A stretch of DNA of 64,000 nucleotides from Lama guanicoe (Eukaryota), in NCBI GenBank assembly GCA_013239625.1, contig MU054323.1, positions 17,984,029-18,048,028 on the forward strand, given 5' to 3'. Positions 11,664-24,444 of the stretch are shown here, piece after piece. Position numbers and translations under genes: made by a program. Each line of letters starts with the position of its first letter. Within the stretch, counting starts at the first letter, position 1. The notes under the pieces were generated by a model. The model saw only the letters and a program-made list of their open reading frames with translations, had not been told where the DNA came from and searched no databases.

Positions 11664-13736
11664 TGAAAATTCTTATGGAATCAGGAAACATAAACTTTTC
11701 AAAGCTTCAGTCCTAAAACATCTCAGACCCTTCCATTTTGGTGAAGTCATTTTTTTCCCCTCCAGACTTATGTTCTTGTTTCCTTAGCAGTTGCCATAGC
11801 TCATTCCACCTTCTCTGTACTTTGGGGTTCCTGACTCTCAAGTCTGTCTGGGGAGACCCATCAAACCTCCATAGTACCTCCTATGTTCTATACCCAAGAT
11901 GGTAAGCACTCAGACATCAGGGATCCCATTCAGTTCAACACGTACGGGACACCCACTCTCTGCCAGATGCCACACTAAATCGTGATTTGAAGGTGAGTCA
12001 GCAAGGGTCTGGACTTCAAGGAGTTTATTGGATAGTGAGATTGACTTTGTGTGCTTCGTGGAGAAAATCACAACCAAAGCGAGCCATGAAGGATGTGTGA
12101 GAGTTAAATGACTCATTAAGGGTTGGGGATGGGGATGGGGTTGAAGGGGTTGTAGTAACAATGTAGTGTTTTATGTAGAAGAAGTAGCAGATGCCAAGTG
12201 TGTGTGTGTGGGGGGGAAGGCCACAACAGCAGTTAGGTATTATTAGAACATAAATTAAACCAATTGAAGTCGATAGAGTTAAAGGTAAAGAGGTGAGCAG
12301 GGGCCAGGTTCCTGCCCTGCTGCCCGAGGCAGATGAAGGGAGAACTTCTGCAGCCGAGAGGTGGCCGGCAACGTGCTCTCCCCGACAGAACCACGGCTGA
12401 GCTGAGGCTGCAGCCCTGCAGAGCCAGTCTTCCTCTTACATCCCCTTCTTCTGTTGTCTTTTCCCTTCCAGGAGCTTTTGGTCAGCAGGGTCAGGAGCTA
12501 CTCTTGTTCCAGTTGGGGAGGTCAAGTGCATCTGCTCACCTTGGCACCGTGCTTGGGACCTTCCAACAATGCCTCCCACACAATGCTGGGCATGAGATAG
12601 GTGGAGAGTTGCCACTTTAAGGAGAAAATGACTGGTTTTCTGTGAGGAGAGTTGCCTGGATTTCTCTCTCCCCATTACTCAGATACCTTTTCCTCCATCA
12701 CTTCTGCTTCTCATTAAAAAAACTGACTCTACTGAAAAAGAACCACTGACCCCTATAGACGGTTAGCATATCCATCTGAATTTTGCTGTTGGAACATTGC
12801 ATATTCAGCATGTAGGAAGTTGGAAGTTGGCAGAAGCGATTTTAGAACAGATACACTTTTAATTGGGGTGTTTTAGGAAATTAGGGCAAGATTATTTGCT
12901 TTAAGATCTCTCCCTGCTTTGGTGCAATTGGCAATTCTTTTAGTTCTTAAAAGTGTTTGATGTGTGTACTTACATTAGAATGCGGTGCTTTAGACTGTGA
13001 GCTCCTGGGGATGGGATGACCTCCCTCACCCGGGCGTCTGCGAGAGCGCGCTGGCTGCTGCGTGGTGGGCTCTCAGTCAGTGTGTGCTCACCTGGAGGGA
13101 ATCGTGACTAAGTGGAAGGAGGGAGGAGTGGCTATAACCACCATATCAGCAGGGGCCTTCGGAGTGAGCTGTGGGGATAAGGGTAGAGGGCTGAGGCCAA
13201 TGGAGGAAATTCAGGGCACAGGAGGACCCCAAAGATACACTTCTTCACAACTTGGCCTGCTGCTTCCTTCCTCGTCATCCTCTCTACCTTCCCATACACT
13301 TTAAAAATAATGTTTCTTAAACATGAATATTCCTCAGAATGACTTGGGGAGTCTTTCCAATTTGTCAGGCTTGCCAACCCCTTCTCCCCTGTATTCTGGT
13401 ACAGTTGAGTGGGGTTGGCGGCCAGCCAGGGCCCTTCTCCAGGAAGGAAGCATTGCTATTAGCCTACCAATTCATCTGCCGACTTCTCCAAAATGCCCGC
13501 TCTTTCCCCCATCCCAGGCCTTTGCTTATACTGTTCTCTTTGTCTGGAACCCTCTTCTGTTTCATTTCCTTTCTTTAAGGCTAAGCTAAATACCGTGTTT
13601 CCTGTGATGCTCTTTCCCTGCCTTTACTACATAATATGTTATACCTTTATCATTTATTTATACATTCATAAATATTGAGTCCATGGCAATGTGTCAATTG
13701 ATATGACAATGTCCCAGCCTTTCAGAAACTTTCAGT

Positions 13737-13860
13737 TTATTATTTTTTAAATTAACTAATTAATTAATTTATTTTTAATGGAGGTACTGGGGATTGTTTG
13801 AACCTAGGACCTCCTGCATGCTAAGCAGGCACTCCATCACTGAGCTATACCCCTACTCCT
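13737..13860 (-). mobile_element. tRNA-derived SINE (vic-1-like)
   Basis: SINE body with perfect 13-bp TSD AGAAACTTTCAGT (13724-13736, 13862-13874). Confidence 0.88.
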
Positions 13861-16800
13861 GAGAAACTTTCAGTGTAATGGAAGGTGATGTGATGGCGTT
13901 GGATTGCTGAGAGAGACATATAAAGGATGATAATATAGTGTGATGTGTGGGAAGGAAAGGAAAGCCACTGGTCTTGGCATATAGTAGGCACTTAGTAAAT
14001 GAGGTTGAGCAAATGAACTAATTCTGAAGTTGAGTGAGCAATTGTTGTGTTTTTGGCTTCTCATCTCCCTTTCAGCATCTTTGCCAAGTTGGGAACTTCT
14101 TTGTCTTTGAAAGCCCACCTCTCCACAGTAGATAAGTAGTTTGTAAGCACCGTGGAAGTATGATGAACTTCTGCTCACAGAATCCAGCATAGTAACTTAC
14201 AGAAAGCAGGATTTTATCAGTTTTTTAAATTCAGTGAAATTGTGACATTGTGGTAAACCCTCACATACAGAGGCAGAAGCCTGTCAGACACACATTCCAA
14301 CCAAGTCAGTGCAGGTTGTGAAAGAGGAGCCAACATATTTGTATGTGATTATAAAAGCAATTTGGGAAAAAGCTATTGGTCACATACTGATCGTTTAAAC
14401 CACTTACATGCACACAGTAATCATCTTGAATGACGCTTCTTTGCATGTACAAGTCAAAAAAGAAAATTTAGCAGAAAAGTATTGCATTGCGTATGTAAAT
14501 ACTGCCTGTAAAACATAATTTATTCATTACTTTTTATAGCACTGTAGTTCTAATGTAGCATCAAAATTCAACACCGTGCGTTGATCTAGAGAGACAGTTC
14601 TTTTATAGGTAATATCTTCCTTTTGTTATGCAGAGCATGAAATTATTATTTTGATGTACAAATAAAACCTAGTATATTCAGTGCTTTTTTAGAAAAGCAT
14701 GCCGTGTGTTTAATGCATATTTCAAAACACTAGGGTAGTTGATGTGATTTCATTTGTTTAAATGTATTTTGAGCCCATAAAACCACATTTATATGATAGA
14801 CCCTTATAATATCCCAGTTAGAAGAGAGTATAGGAATTATTTCTTTGACATATTTGCTGACTGAATGAACGGCTGAATCTACAGCTTTCTTCAGTTCACT
14901 TGAATGAACTATATTGCCTAAATAAAATAAAGCCATTTCCTTCTGGCAGGTACGTGCGCCTCACGCAGGCTGCTGTTGTAACGTTCCTTTTCTTGTGCTG
15001 TGCTGCTGTGTGTATTTACTATGAATTACTCTCCTTTAGGGGTTTTTTCTATTTCTTAGTCCAAAGAAAGCCCCCAAATGTCCAAGACTAGCTGGGATCC
15101 CCATGTTTTTATATTTCCCCCTTTCATTTTCCTGTTAAGTCGTACTGCTTTCTAGAAGTTGACCATTTATTTTGCCTGTTTCATCAGTGGTAATTGAAAA
15201 AAGAAATCCCCTTAAAATTCAAGCAGGTATGATCTGCAAATAAACAAAAACAACCAAGGGACAGATTTTATTTCCTCAAAGATACAGATAGAGCACCGTG
15301 TTTTAATGTGAATGGTATTTGGCAGAGTAGAATCTGGAGGTTTTATTAGAATGTTGGCTTAATTCAGTCAGCTTCTTTCCCCTTGTTGGCCTGAAGAGTT
15401 GAAAATGGACTGTGGAACAAGCAACTTACTTTATTATGTATTCATAGATTTCTGTTTTTCTTTTTGTTGAAAAGTGATGATTCTTTAATTAAATTAATCA
15501 GAATTGTTCAAATTTGTTATCTGGACATTGTACGTAGCTTGTCCTGGATCTTGTGTCAGCTGTCTACACTGCGAGTAGATTAGAGCACAGATTTTCTAGA
15601 CTTCTTTGACTTTTGGAGTACACAACACTCATTAAACTGGAAGCATTCTTTTTGACTTGGGCGGTGAACTTCGATCCTTTAAAGAACAAGTTCCTAAAGT
15701 TGTGAAAGACTGTGTGTGTTGTGGGAGGGGGGAAATGCTGTTACAAACCCTGAGTCTTTTTGTGGGCTGTGTACAGCAGTCATAGTTTTGGAGAGTTGGA
15801 TTTCCTTGAAGGCAGCTTTGATACTGAGCACTCAGTGAAGGGAGCTGGAAGATGTAGAGAGCTACAACAAATATTGGGAACCATTGTTAATCCAAACAAT
15901 TCCAGGTAAATTTGACACCCATGTGTTTTAAATGTATGGCCCAGGAATGGTAAGTAATGGCATTTGCTATTACAAAATGGGTATGCATAGAATTAAAAGC
16001 ATTCATATGTATAACTCGAAAACAATGCTAGGTGCTAATTTGATTTGGAAATTCCTTGCTTTTCTTTAAATTATAGTTGGCTCTCTACCCAGATGCTGTC
16101 AAAGAGATATTCAAAAACTTGAGGAAAAAACTCTCAATAATAAGATAAATCTGATGGAGGCATATGCAAGGGAAAAATGAGGAAAGACTGGCTAGGCACA
16201 ATTTTAATCCAAATTTAGCTGTTACAAGGTAAATACTAAAAGTGGACCCCAAACTGACTCCAAACTGTATATTTATTAACAATTTTTTAATAGTATTTTC
16301 TGTCATTTATTAGAATAATTTTATTTTTGATATGGATGTAAAAGTAGAGAAGTTTAGAGGAAAAACTGAGGAAAAACTTCCTTACGTGGAAGGGTAGAAG
16401 GAGATGAAATTTGAATGAAGGAAAGTTAAGAAATGAAATGAAGGAAGGTTAAGAAAAGCCTTAAACGTCTTCACATATATGAATGGGATCATTAGTGGGA
16501 TACTGTTTATAAAGAAGGCTGAAAAACTCAGGTGCTCAACCCTTTGAAGCACTTTGAGACTTCAAGTCCCCTGGTCTGATGTTCCGGGTTTCCAGTCTCC
16601 TGATCCCTTTCCCATTAAGGTGTCTTCTGGGTGGCCCAGCGTGTAGCTTTTGCTGTTTACCATTTGTTAATCACATTCTGAGCAAGACAGGTGTCCCAAG
16701 ATCAAGTCATAAAGAATGAAACTGAAGAGTAGAGACAGATGGTTACTGAAAAGGATAGTTGGGTGATTATTCACTTCCAAAGATTTTGGTAAGTGGTGAA

Positions 16801-16861
16801 AAACCCTTTGTTCTCCCATAGCCCTTTGCTCTTATTCCTCTGCTAGGATTTACCATATTGG

Positions 16862-17045
16862 TTTTTGTTTTGTTTTCGTTTTTTAAGTTGTGATAAAAGT
16901 CACATAAAATAAAATTTACCATCTTAACCATCTCTAAGTGTATAGTTTGGTAGTAACGATATTCACGTTGTTGTGGAACAGATCTCCAGAAGTTTTTCAT
17001 CTTGTAAAACTGAACCACTCCCTCTTTCCTCCTCTCCCCAAAACC
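16862..17045 (-). mobile_element. L1 (L1MB-like) 3' end
   Basis: T-rich tail, then 'cataaaataaaatttaccatcttaacca...agaagtttttcatcttgtaaaactgaa'. Confidence 0.7.
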
Positions 17046-17363
17046 TATCATAATGGATTTTGGTGGACTTTTTTTCTTACATGTTTATCTATCTCCCTCA
17101 TTAGTCTCTAAATTAAGAACTTACTCATCTTCTGTCCCTGGTGCCTAACACTTAGAGGATGCTTAATAAATTCTGAACGAATGTGAGAATGAACAACAGA
17201 ATGAGTCTTTTCAAGCAGTGTTGTAGTAATAATAAGTTAGGGGATGTGGTTAATGCTATTTGCTTTCCTAACCCATAATCCTTTACTTCTTCCCTTTTAA
17301 ACAAAAGACAAATTTCACTCAGGGGGACGATGTGGCTGATCGTAGCAATGACTCTTGAGTGGT

Positions 17364-17525
17364 CCAGTCTGTGGTCCTCATCCCTGCCTGCACTTGACCA
17401 TCACCTGCGTGGCTTTTAAAAAATACAGACTCCTGCTCCTCCTCCATGATTCTGATTTAATGGGTCTGAAGTGGGACCTAGGAATTAGCAATTTAAAAAT
17501 CCCTCACTAGGGTAGAGAACCATTG
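17364..17525. mobile_element. MER5A-like hAT-Charlie MITE
   Basis: 'atcacctg...aaaaatacagactcc...tctgatttaatgggtctg...gagaaccattg' resembles the MER5 consensus. Confidence 0.55.
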
Positions 17526-17980
17526 TCAGGCAATCCTGTTCTTTGCCAGAACTTTGCTTTTCCTGGCTTTTCCTGGCAATCTCTGGGTTGGCCATGTGAC
17601 CTAGTTCTTTCTGGCCAATGAATCTCTGCTGTGTGTTCTGGAACCTCTTTTTGCTTTCCTGGTAAAAGGGACAGATACCAGTGAACTCAGTGGTGTAGTA
17701 TCTTCCTCTTTTTTTCTGTCTTGGGTGCAGGTGTGATGCCTTATGCTATGGTAGCCATCTTGCAACCATGAGGCAACAAGCATTAAGATAAAAAACCCCA
17801 ACATGTTGAGAATGGGGAAGCAGTAATTTGGAGAAAACCTGAATCTTTAATAACATTGTTGCACTCTGGGACAGCCTACTTTTTCTTGTTTAGTAAACAA
17901 TAAATGACATTGTGGTTTAATCCCCCTAACAGTGGCTCTTCTGTCATTATCTGCTTATAAAAGCATTCTGAGCTGAAACA
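17526..17980. mobile_element. MaLR (MLT1-type) LTR remnant
   Basis: 'ggccatgtgacctagttc..tggccaatg' and 'gccatcttgcaaccatgagg' MLT1 motifs. Confidence 0.6.
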
Positions 17981-19517
17981 AAGGGTATCCTAGACTATGC
18001 TCAAACTGGATGCAGATAAATCCCCAGGGTGAAATGTTTTTCGGAAAACCTGGCTAAAACTCTACAAACTATTTGCCTAAATGTATAACTGGTGTTACAA
18101 AAGCTCATGATATTTCGCATGAAACACTCCCTGATGTGACTATCAAAAACAGACCAAGGTTGGATAAACTATCGTTCTTGCTCAGTTTTGCATTTATGTT
18201 TTCATATTTCCATTTATTAATGTAAGCATGGCAGAATGACATATCTAATAGAAGTAACATTTATTCATTGAACAGATGTGTATTGAGCAGCACCTCTTTG
18301 CCAGGCATGATTTTAGCTAAGTATATGGGAAGCATTAGTGAGCAAAATAAATATCTCTGTCTTTAAAAATACCACTGTGGCACTTATATCCCAGCTAGGG
18401 GCTGAGGGAAGCAAGCAAAGAAATTATCATCATACTAAATAAGATATGTGGTGAGTTTGAAGGTGAAAAGTGCTATAAAAAATAAAACAGACTAAGGAGG
18501 GCTAGGAGTACAGGAAAGAACAAGACTTAAGAGTTTCAAGTCAAATGGAGAAGGCAGACCACACTGATTTTACTTTTGACACCATGTATCTTTAAATACT
18601 TAGATAAAAGCATCATTATAAAGAATGAAATAGAACCTTAAAAACTAGATTCATTTTCTGAATATGTACTCTAACCAACGTGTACTCTGCAAAGGGCCAG
18701 TGAAGTTTATGCCTGCTAGCCACAGATAAGGGGAAGAGTTGACCCTTGATTTTGCAGAGATTGTATGTCCCCCGGTCTATCTTATATTGTCATTGGACAT
18801 CTTCTGGTGTATAAGCTTTGGGATCCAAAAGTTGGCATTGTTTGAATTTACAGAGTTAAAAATAATGGTTTTCAAAAATCGTAATTATTCTATGTGCTGG
18901 GACTATGGCAGTGAACAAACCTAAAAAGGTCCATGCTCATGGAACTCATTTCTGATAAAGGAAGGTAGTTCCTCTGTTGGTTAGTAAGCTCGGGAGTGTT
19001 CGCCATGTCCCTTGGGTTCTGGCTGATTTTAGTAAGATTAGCCATAGCAGGACATTGTGATGGCGACATGTGCTCTATTTGGAAATTGGGAAGGGACACA
19101 ACCAGCAGTGAGCTTTCCTTTCTGACCCGTGGCTGGTCCTACTCTCGTTACTCTCTGGTCTCCAGCTCTCCTTGGTCGAGGATTTAACAGCAGTTTTGTG
19201 AATTCCCAGGGAAACTGCACCAACTAGGAATGCAAAGAGCGGGAAGGAGATGGATATAGGAATCAGTCTCTCCCAAGAGTCTTCCTCAGATTTTACCTCA
19301 GTTAATTGCTGGAGATATTTATAAAAATCATACACATAGCTTATTAATTTTTATGTGAAGCATTTAGAAAAGTTTGTTGTCGTGGGGTTTGTTTTATTTT
19401 GTTTTTTTGGCTTATACAACAGAAGTTTATTTCTCACAGTTCTGGAGGCAGCGTAGTTTGAGACCAGTGCACTGGTAAATCTGATGTTTGGTGAGGGCAC
19501 TCTTCCAGAAAGGTTTT

Positions 19518-20750
19518 TTTTTCTTTTTTTAAACTGAAGTATAGTCAGTTTGCAATGTTGTGTCGATTTCTGGTGTACAGCATTAATAGTTCAGTCATAC
19601 ATGTACATACATATATTCATTTTTATATTCTTTTTCATTATAGGTTACTATAAGATATTGAATATAGTTTCCTCTGCTATACACTATAAACTTGTTGTTT
19701 ATCTATTTTATATATAGTAGCTAGAATCTGCAAATCTCAAACTCCCAATTTATCCCTTCCCACCCTCTTTCCCTCTGGAAACTTAATGAGTTTATGTGAC
19801 TGTGAGTCTGTTTCTGTTTTAGAAATAAGTTCATTTGTCTTTTTTTTTCAGATTTCTTATATGAGTGATATTATATGATATTTTTATTTCTCTTTCTGGC
19901 TTACTTCACTTAGAATGACATTCTCCATGTCCATTCATGTTGCTGCAAATTGTATTATTTTATTATTTTTTATGGCTGAGTAGTATTCCATTGTGTAAGT
20001 GTGTCTGTGTGTGTGTGTGTGTGTGTGTATGACAACTTCTTTATCCAGTCATTTGTAAGTGGATATTTAGGCTGTTTCCATGTCTTGGCTACTGTAAATA
20101 ATGCTGCTATGAACATTGGGGTGCATGTATGTTTTCAAATTAGAGTTCCCTCAGGATATATGCCTAGGAGTGGGATTGCTGGATCATATAGTAGGTCTAT
20201 TTTTAGTTTTTTGAAGAACCTCCATACTGTTTTCTGTAAAAGTGGAACCAAACTACATTCCCACAGCAGTGTAGGAGGGTTCCCTTTTCTCGACACCTTC
20301 TCTAGCATTTATCATTTGCAGACTTTTTAATGATGGCCATTCTGACTGGGTGTGAGGTGATACCTTAGTTTTGATATATATTTCTCTAATAGTTAATAAT
20401 ATAGAGCATTTTTTCATGTGCATATTGGCCATTTGTACGTCTTAGGCAAAACATTTTCTGACATAAATCTTAGCAATGTTCTTCTAGGCAGTCTACCCAG
20501 GCAATAGAAATAAAAGCAAAAATAAACAAATGGGACCTAATTAAACTTATAAGCTTTTGAATAGCAAAGGAAACCATAAGCAAAACAAAAAGACAACTTA
20601 CAGAATGAAAGAAACTATTTCCAAATGATGCGACTGACAAGGGCTTAATTTCCAGAATATATAAATAGCTCATACAGCTTAATAACAACAAAAAGAACCA
20701 CCGAATCCAAAAATGGGCAGAAGACCTAAACAAGCAATTCTCCAATGAAG
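19518..20750 (-). mobile_element. 5'-inverted (twin-primed) L1 insertion
   Basis: 19518-~20443 is an L1 3' UTR plus ORF2 end on minus; ~20444-20750 is the adjacent upstream ORF2 segment on plus (INKWDLIKL...QKWAEDLNKQFS). TSD TCTTC(C/T)AGAAAGGTTTT at 19501-19517 and 20751-20767. Confidence 0.9.
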
Positions 20751-22354
20751 TCTTCTAGAAAGGTTTTAAAAGATTTCTTTTGAGACAATGGTAGAAAACA
20801 AGTTTTTTAAAAAAATACCAACATCTCCATAGGCCAAGGCTTGAATATTATTGATATTTAATTCTTATCAACTAAATATAAGGGTTCTTATGGGGAGCGC
20901 AGTGGGGGAAATTCTTTACTATCTACCACTTGGCTTAGGTTTCTAAAGAAAAGTCTTTTTTAATGTACTTGGTAGAGATGGGGGTGGGGGGAGAGCATGA
21001 CTAGGAGACAGAGCAAACACTGAAATCCAAGGAGAAGGCTATTTTCTTGTAAAATATCCACGAACAAGGACACAGCTTCATCTTTAACCAAACTGCAGCA
21101 ATGTATGGGGATTCTCATGGTCTCTTTAAGGCAACTGATTTTGCATATTAAGAATTTTTTGCAGAACAAATTGAAGTCTCTGGAGTTCAAGGCCTTTGGG
21201 AGACGTGATCTAGGGCTGGTTGATATTTTATGGCTGCGTGCTTTTAGTCCAGTTTGGTTTTATGAAGTGAGAGGAGAAAAAAATGTTGCTTGGAGTGTGC
21301 TATGTTTTATTTACCTCCCTGAGTTACTGCGACGGCCTTCTATGCGAAGTTTTATGGCATCAAATAAAACCTGTTTATTTTACCCAGGCTTCAACATCTG
21401 ACAGAGGCAAATCATCCAATCTTACATCCTGGATTAAGTGTAAACAGAACTGTGATAAGATACAAGCTAAGGAACAAATTTTAAAAATAGCAATCATCAC
21501 TCAGGAACAGTTTTTATAAGCTCTTTCCTGTTTATTCCACTTGATTGCATTAACGCGAGCATTGCCTACAGAAATGAGATTTTGTAATGTGTGTGACATT
21601 ATTCTTTCTTCCTTTACTGTTGAAATTGAAAACAAATAGTTCAGTAAATAAATGTCAGAAGAAAACCTATATCAAATTTCAGGTTGCTTGGTGGCGTTTC
21701 TGTGATTTTGAAAATCAGCATAGCTATCGATTTTGTGTGTGGTAGGGCCTAATTCAATACAAATACTTAGAAACTGAAGAACAACCTGTTCTGTATCCTA
21801 GGAAAAGGTGGATCAGTAGGTGGAGTGTTAATGAATTTGTTCTAAATATTTTTCTTTTGGAGTTGATAGTGTAATTTATTTAAATGTAAGTTTTAATTCA
21901 ACCAGTCCAACGTTTGACAAGAACAGTGATACAATTCAAGCTATTAATTTTTCTGAGTTTATTTTGGGGAGATTCCGAAATAGCAGTCTAAATGAAAATG
22001 ACCAATTGTGATAATTATTGATGAGGCTTGAAGAGGTAATAGAGCAAGCTGCTCTATAAGGACTTACAGGCACAAGAAAACGTCTTTCAAAAAAAAATGA
22101 ATTCAAAGTTTTCCAATGATCACTTAAGAGGTTCCCATATTTCATAGAAAGGGTCTCAGATCACATGAAGCCCATGATACACAGTGTCAGCCATGAGTCC
22201 AATAGTCCTATTTATATAAATGATATTCCCACTGAGAAATTTCCCACAAAAGAGACTCACGATCTTGTAAGAAACTTCACCTAAAATGATGACTGTATTC
22301 TAATCTTCCTCTCTAGGCTTCTTTTGTTACAGAGGTTATGGTTATGCTTTGAAT

Positions 22355-22794
22355 TGTCAACTTTAATAATGTAATAGCCAATTAATTAATGTAATAGCCA
22401 GCAAAAGTGAATTTATTCAGAAATAGCCAGAGGAATTTGGGATATGTGGACCATAAGCAATCTAGAGAGCAAGGAAGGCAAACTTGCTTTTATAGGGTAA
22501 AGTGAGTAGGGAGGGGTTGTAATAACCAAGGAGACCACTGGAAGAAGTTTGGAGTCCAAAGTATGGAGGCTTCTTGTTGGTTGGGCTACTATCAGATTGG
22601 CCAGAGTGTCGGTGGACTGAGAGTTTCCTTCCCCCTGCTGGAGAGTAAAGTAGGCAACACCTTCCTGTCAGAGATACAGGCATATGTCTTTTCCTTTTGG
22701 GATAATTGATAATGCATGGGAGGGCAAAGAGAGTTCCTCCCACAGGCTTGTCCTGACTCCAGTTTTAGCTGAGGTTTCTTTAACTAATTCCACA
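22355..22794 (-). mobile_element. ERV 3' LTR
   Basis: Minus strand TG...CA termini, homologous to 28564-29020; TATAAAA at 22494-22488, AATAAA at ~22417-22412. Confidence 0.9.
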
Positions 22795-22806
22795 TTTCCC
22801 CCTTTT
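22795..22806 (-). other. Polypurine tract (PPT)
   Basis: Minus strand AAAAGGGGGAAA immediately precedes the TG of the 3' LTR. Confidence 0.9.
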
Positions 22807-23016
22807 GATCAAGGTCTTTCCTCAAGAGCATCAAAAGTCAGGATCTCTGCATGTAACAATTTGTCCCTCAGTGCCAGGAAAGAGATTCCCTGGTTGTCAT
22901 GTCCCTTGTTGGAGGGAAAGTTATAAATCAGACACTTCATGATTCCACATTTAAATAACAAGGAAAGGTAGTAGGGAGAACTTTAAGGAGTTCCTTGTTG
23001 AAAGTCCATATTTAGT

Positions 23017-23097
23017 GGGGAGGGTAATAGCTCAGTGATAGAGCACATGCTTAGCATGTGTGCAGTCCTGGGTTCAATCCCCAGTACCTCCATTAAA
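23017..23097 (+). mobile_element. vic-1-like SINE nested in the ERV
   Basis: A and B boxes, A tail, TSD AAAG(T/G)CCATATTTAGT at 23001-23016 and 23098-23113. Confidence 0.9.
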
Positions 23098-23370
23098 AAA
23101 GGCCATATTTAGTCAAGGTTGTAAGCACTAGAAATTATCTCACAGCACTCATATTATTAGGCATGTCATTTTTATAAAGATTTGACAAACAATAGGTGTA
23201 GAACTCAAAAACAAGTATACAGAGCAAAATTTAAAACATTATAGACCCAGTTTGCAAGATGGTCTAAACTAGGAGCGCAGATCTGAAGGTAGCTAGCTGA
23301 ATAATTCAGAAGACAGTAAGTTGTCAGGTAATATTTGCTATAACCAATGTGCTTGCTCTTTAATTTTATG

Positions 23371-23924
23371 TCATTGGGTCTCTCCTTCCCCAGAGGCATT
23401 TATCCAAGTGCAAAAAGAGGTGTTTCCTATTGCACAGACGCCTCTTTGCTCAGCAAATTGGTAATCATGGGCTATGCTGTTATCCAAAACCACTTGTGCT
23501 GATCCATTATATGACTGCTGTTGGTCTGAAACTGCTTTGGCTATGTAGTTAGCCAACTCTCCTAATGTCAGGAAGAGATTCCTGCTCATTTTGTTCACTG
23601 GTACTCACTTTAATCCATGGAAAGAAATCTCTCCCTATAGAGGCAAAGCCGGAGTCACATATGCCTCCTGGATGGTCTCTGATAAGGCGGCTATAGAAGT
23701 TTAAGGGAGAGACCAGTGAGAGACATCTGTTTAGTTTTGTGGAAAGACCAGGACAGTGAATACAGCGAAGGCATTGTGTCCTTATATTTCCCAGCTATCA
23801 GGGCAATGGGTTGTCCAAGCAAATCCTTGCCCAAAACAAGGCCACTTCCAAAACTTCTACATATGAAAGTATAACCAAGGGGTGTTACATAAGCCCCCAC
23901 ATAAGTGATAGTCTGTGGATTCAT
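23371..23924 (-). pseudogene. env: Retroviral env remnant (SU end, furin-like site, TM ectodomain)
   Basis: VVLDNSIAHDYQFAEQRGVCAIGNTSFCTWINASG is a degenerate immunosuppressive domain plus CX6CC (here CX6FC). RLIR|DHPGG...FFPW lies upstream in a shifted frame; frameshifts and stops are present. Confidence 0.88.
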
Positions 23925-24444
23925 TCATTGTCCTGGAGGCATTAGCATTACTTAACGGAGGCTCAGACATTACTTTGTTACCCATTGAGAGCTTACCTAG
24001 ATATAGAGATATGATAGCAATTTGACCCAATTTGCATTGGCAGCTCCACAGAACTTTTCATGCAGACATTCAAAAGATCTTGTTTTCTCATCACAGGTCT
24101 AGGTCAAATTGAAGCAAGGAATGAACTGTGCAGGTTTAGCACCCTGACTACAAAATCAGCCTGTGGAACAACTTGGACAGACAAGAGCCTCGGGAACCCC
24201 AGCAAAATTACTTGTAAGGTAAACCAAAGGGTCACTGTTATTTTGGGATGGGCTGAGGTTTCTGGTGGCAAATTCAATCAGAGAGGTTTCCCCCTTTCAC
24301 AAGAGATTGGAAAATATGGATGAGGACACTGTCATTTCATGAAGGGAGGGAGCAAACAAGGTATAAGTGACAACACATAAAGAAAGGTAGGTAGGCCTGC
24401 TCTGGATGTCTTGGGAAAGCTGTTAGCCTCAGATGTTGTCTCTT

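Noticed and set aside
20001..20745. ORFs of 109 and 91 aa, and similar recurring ORFs at 31296, 34415, 46285 and 60196
   Set aside because: Sense or antisense fragments of L1 ORF2 and 3' UTR, not host genes.
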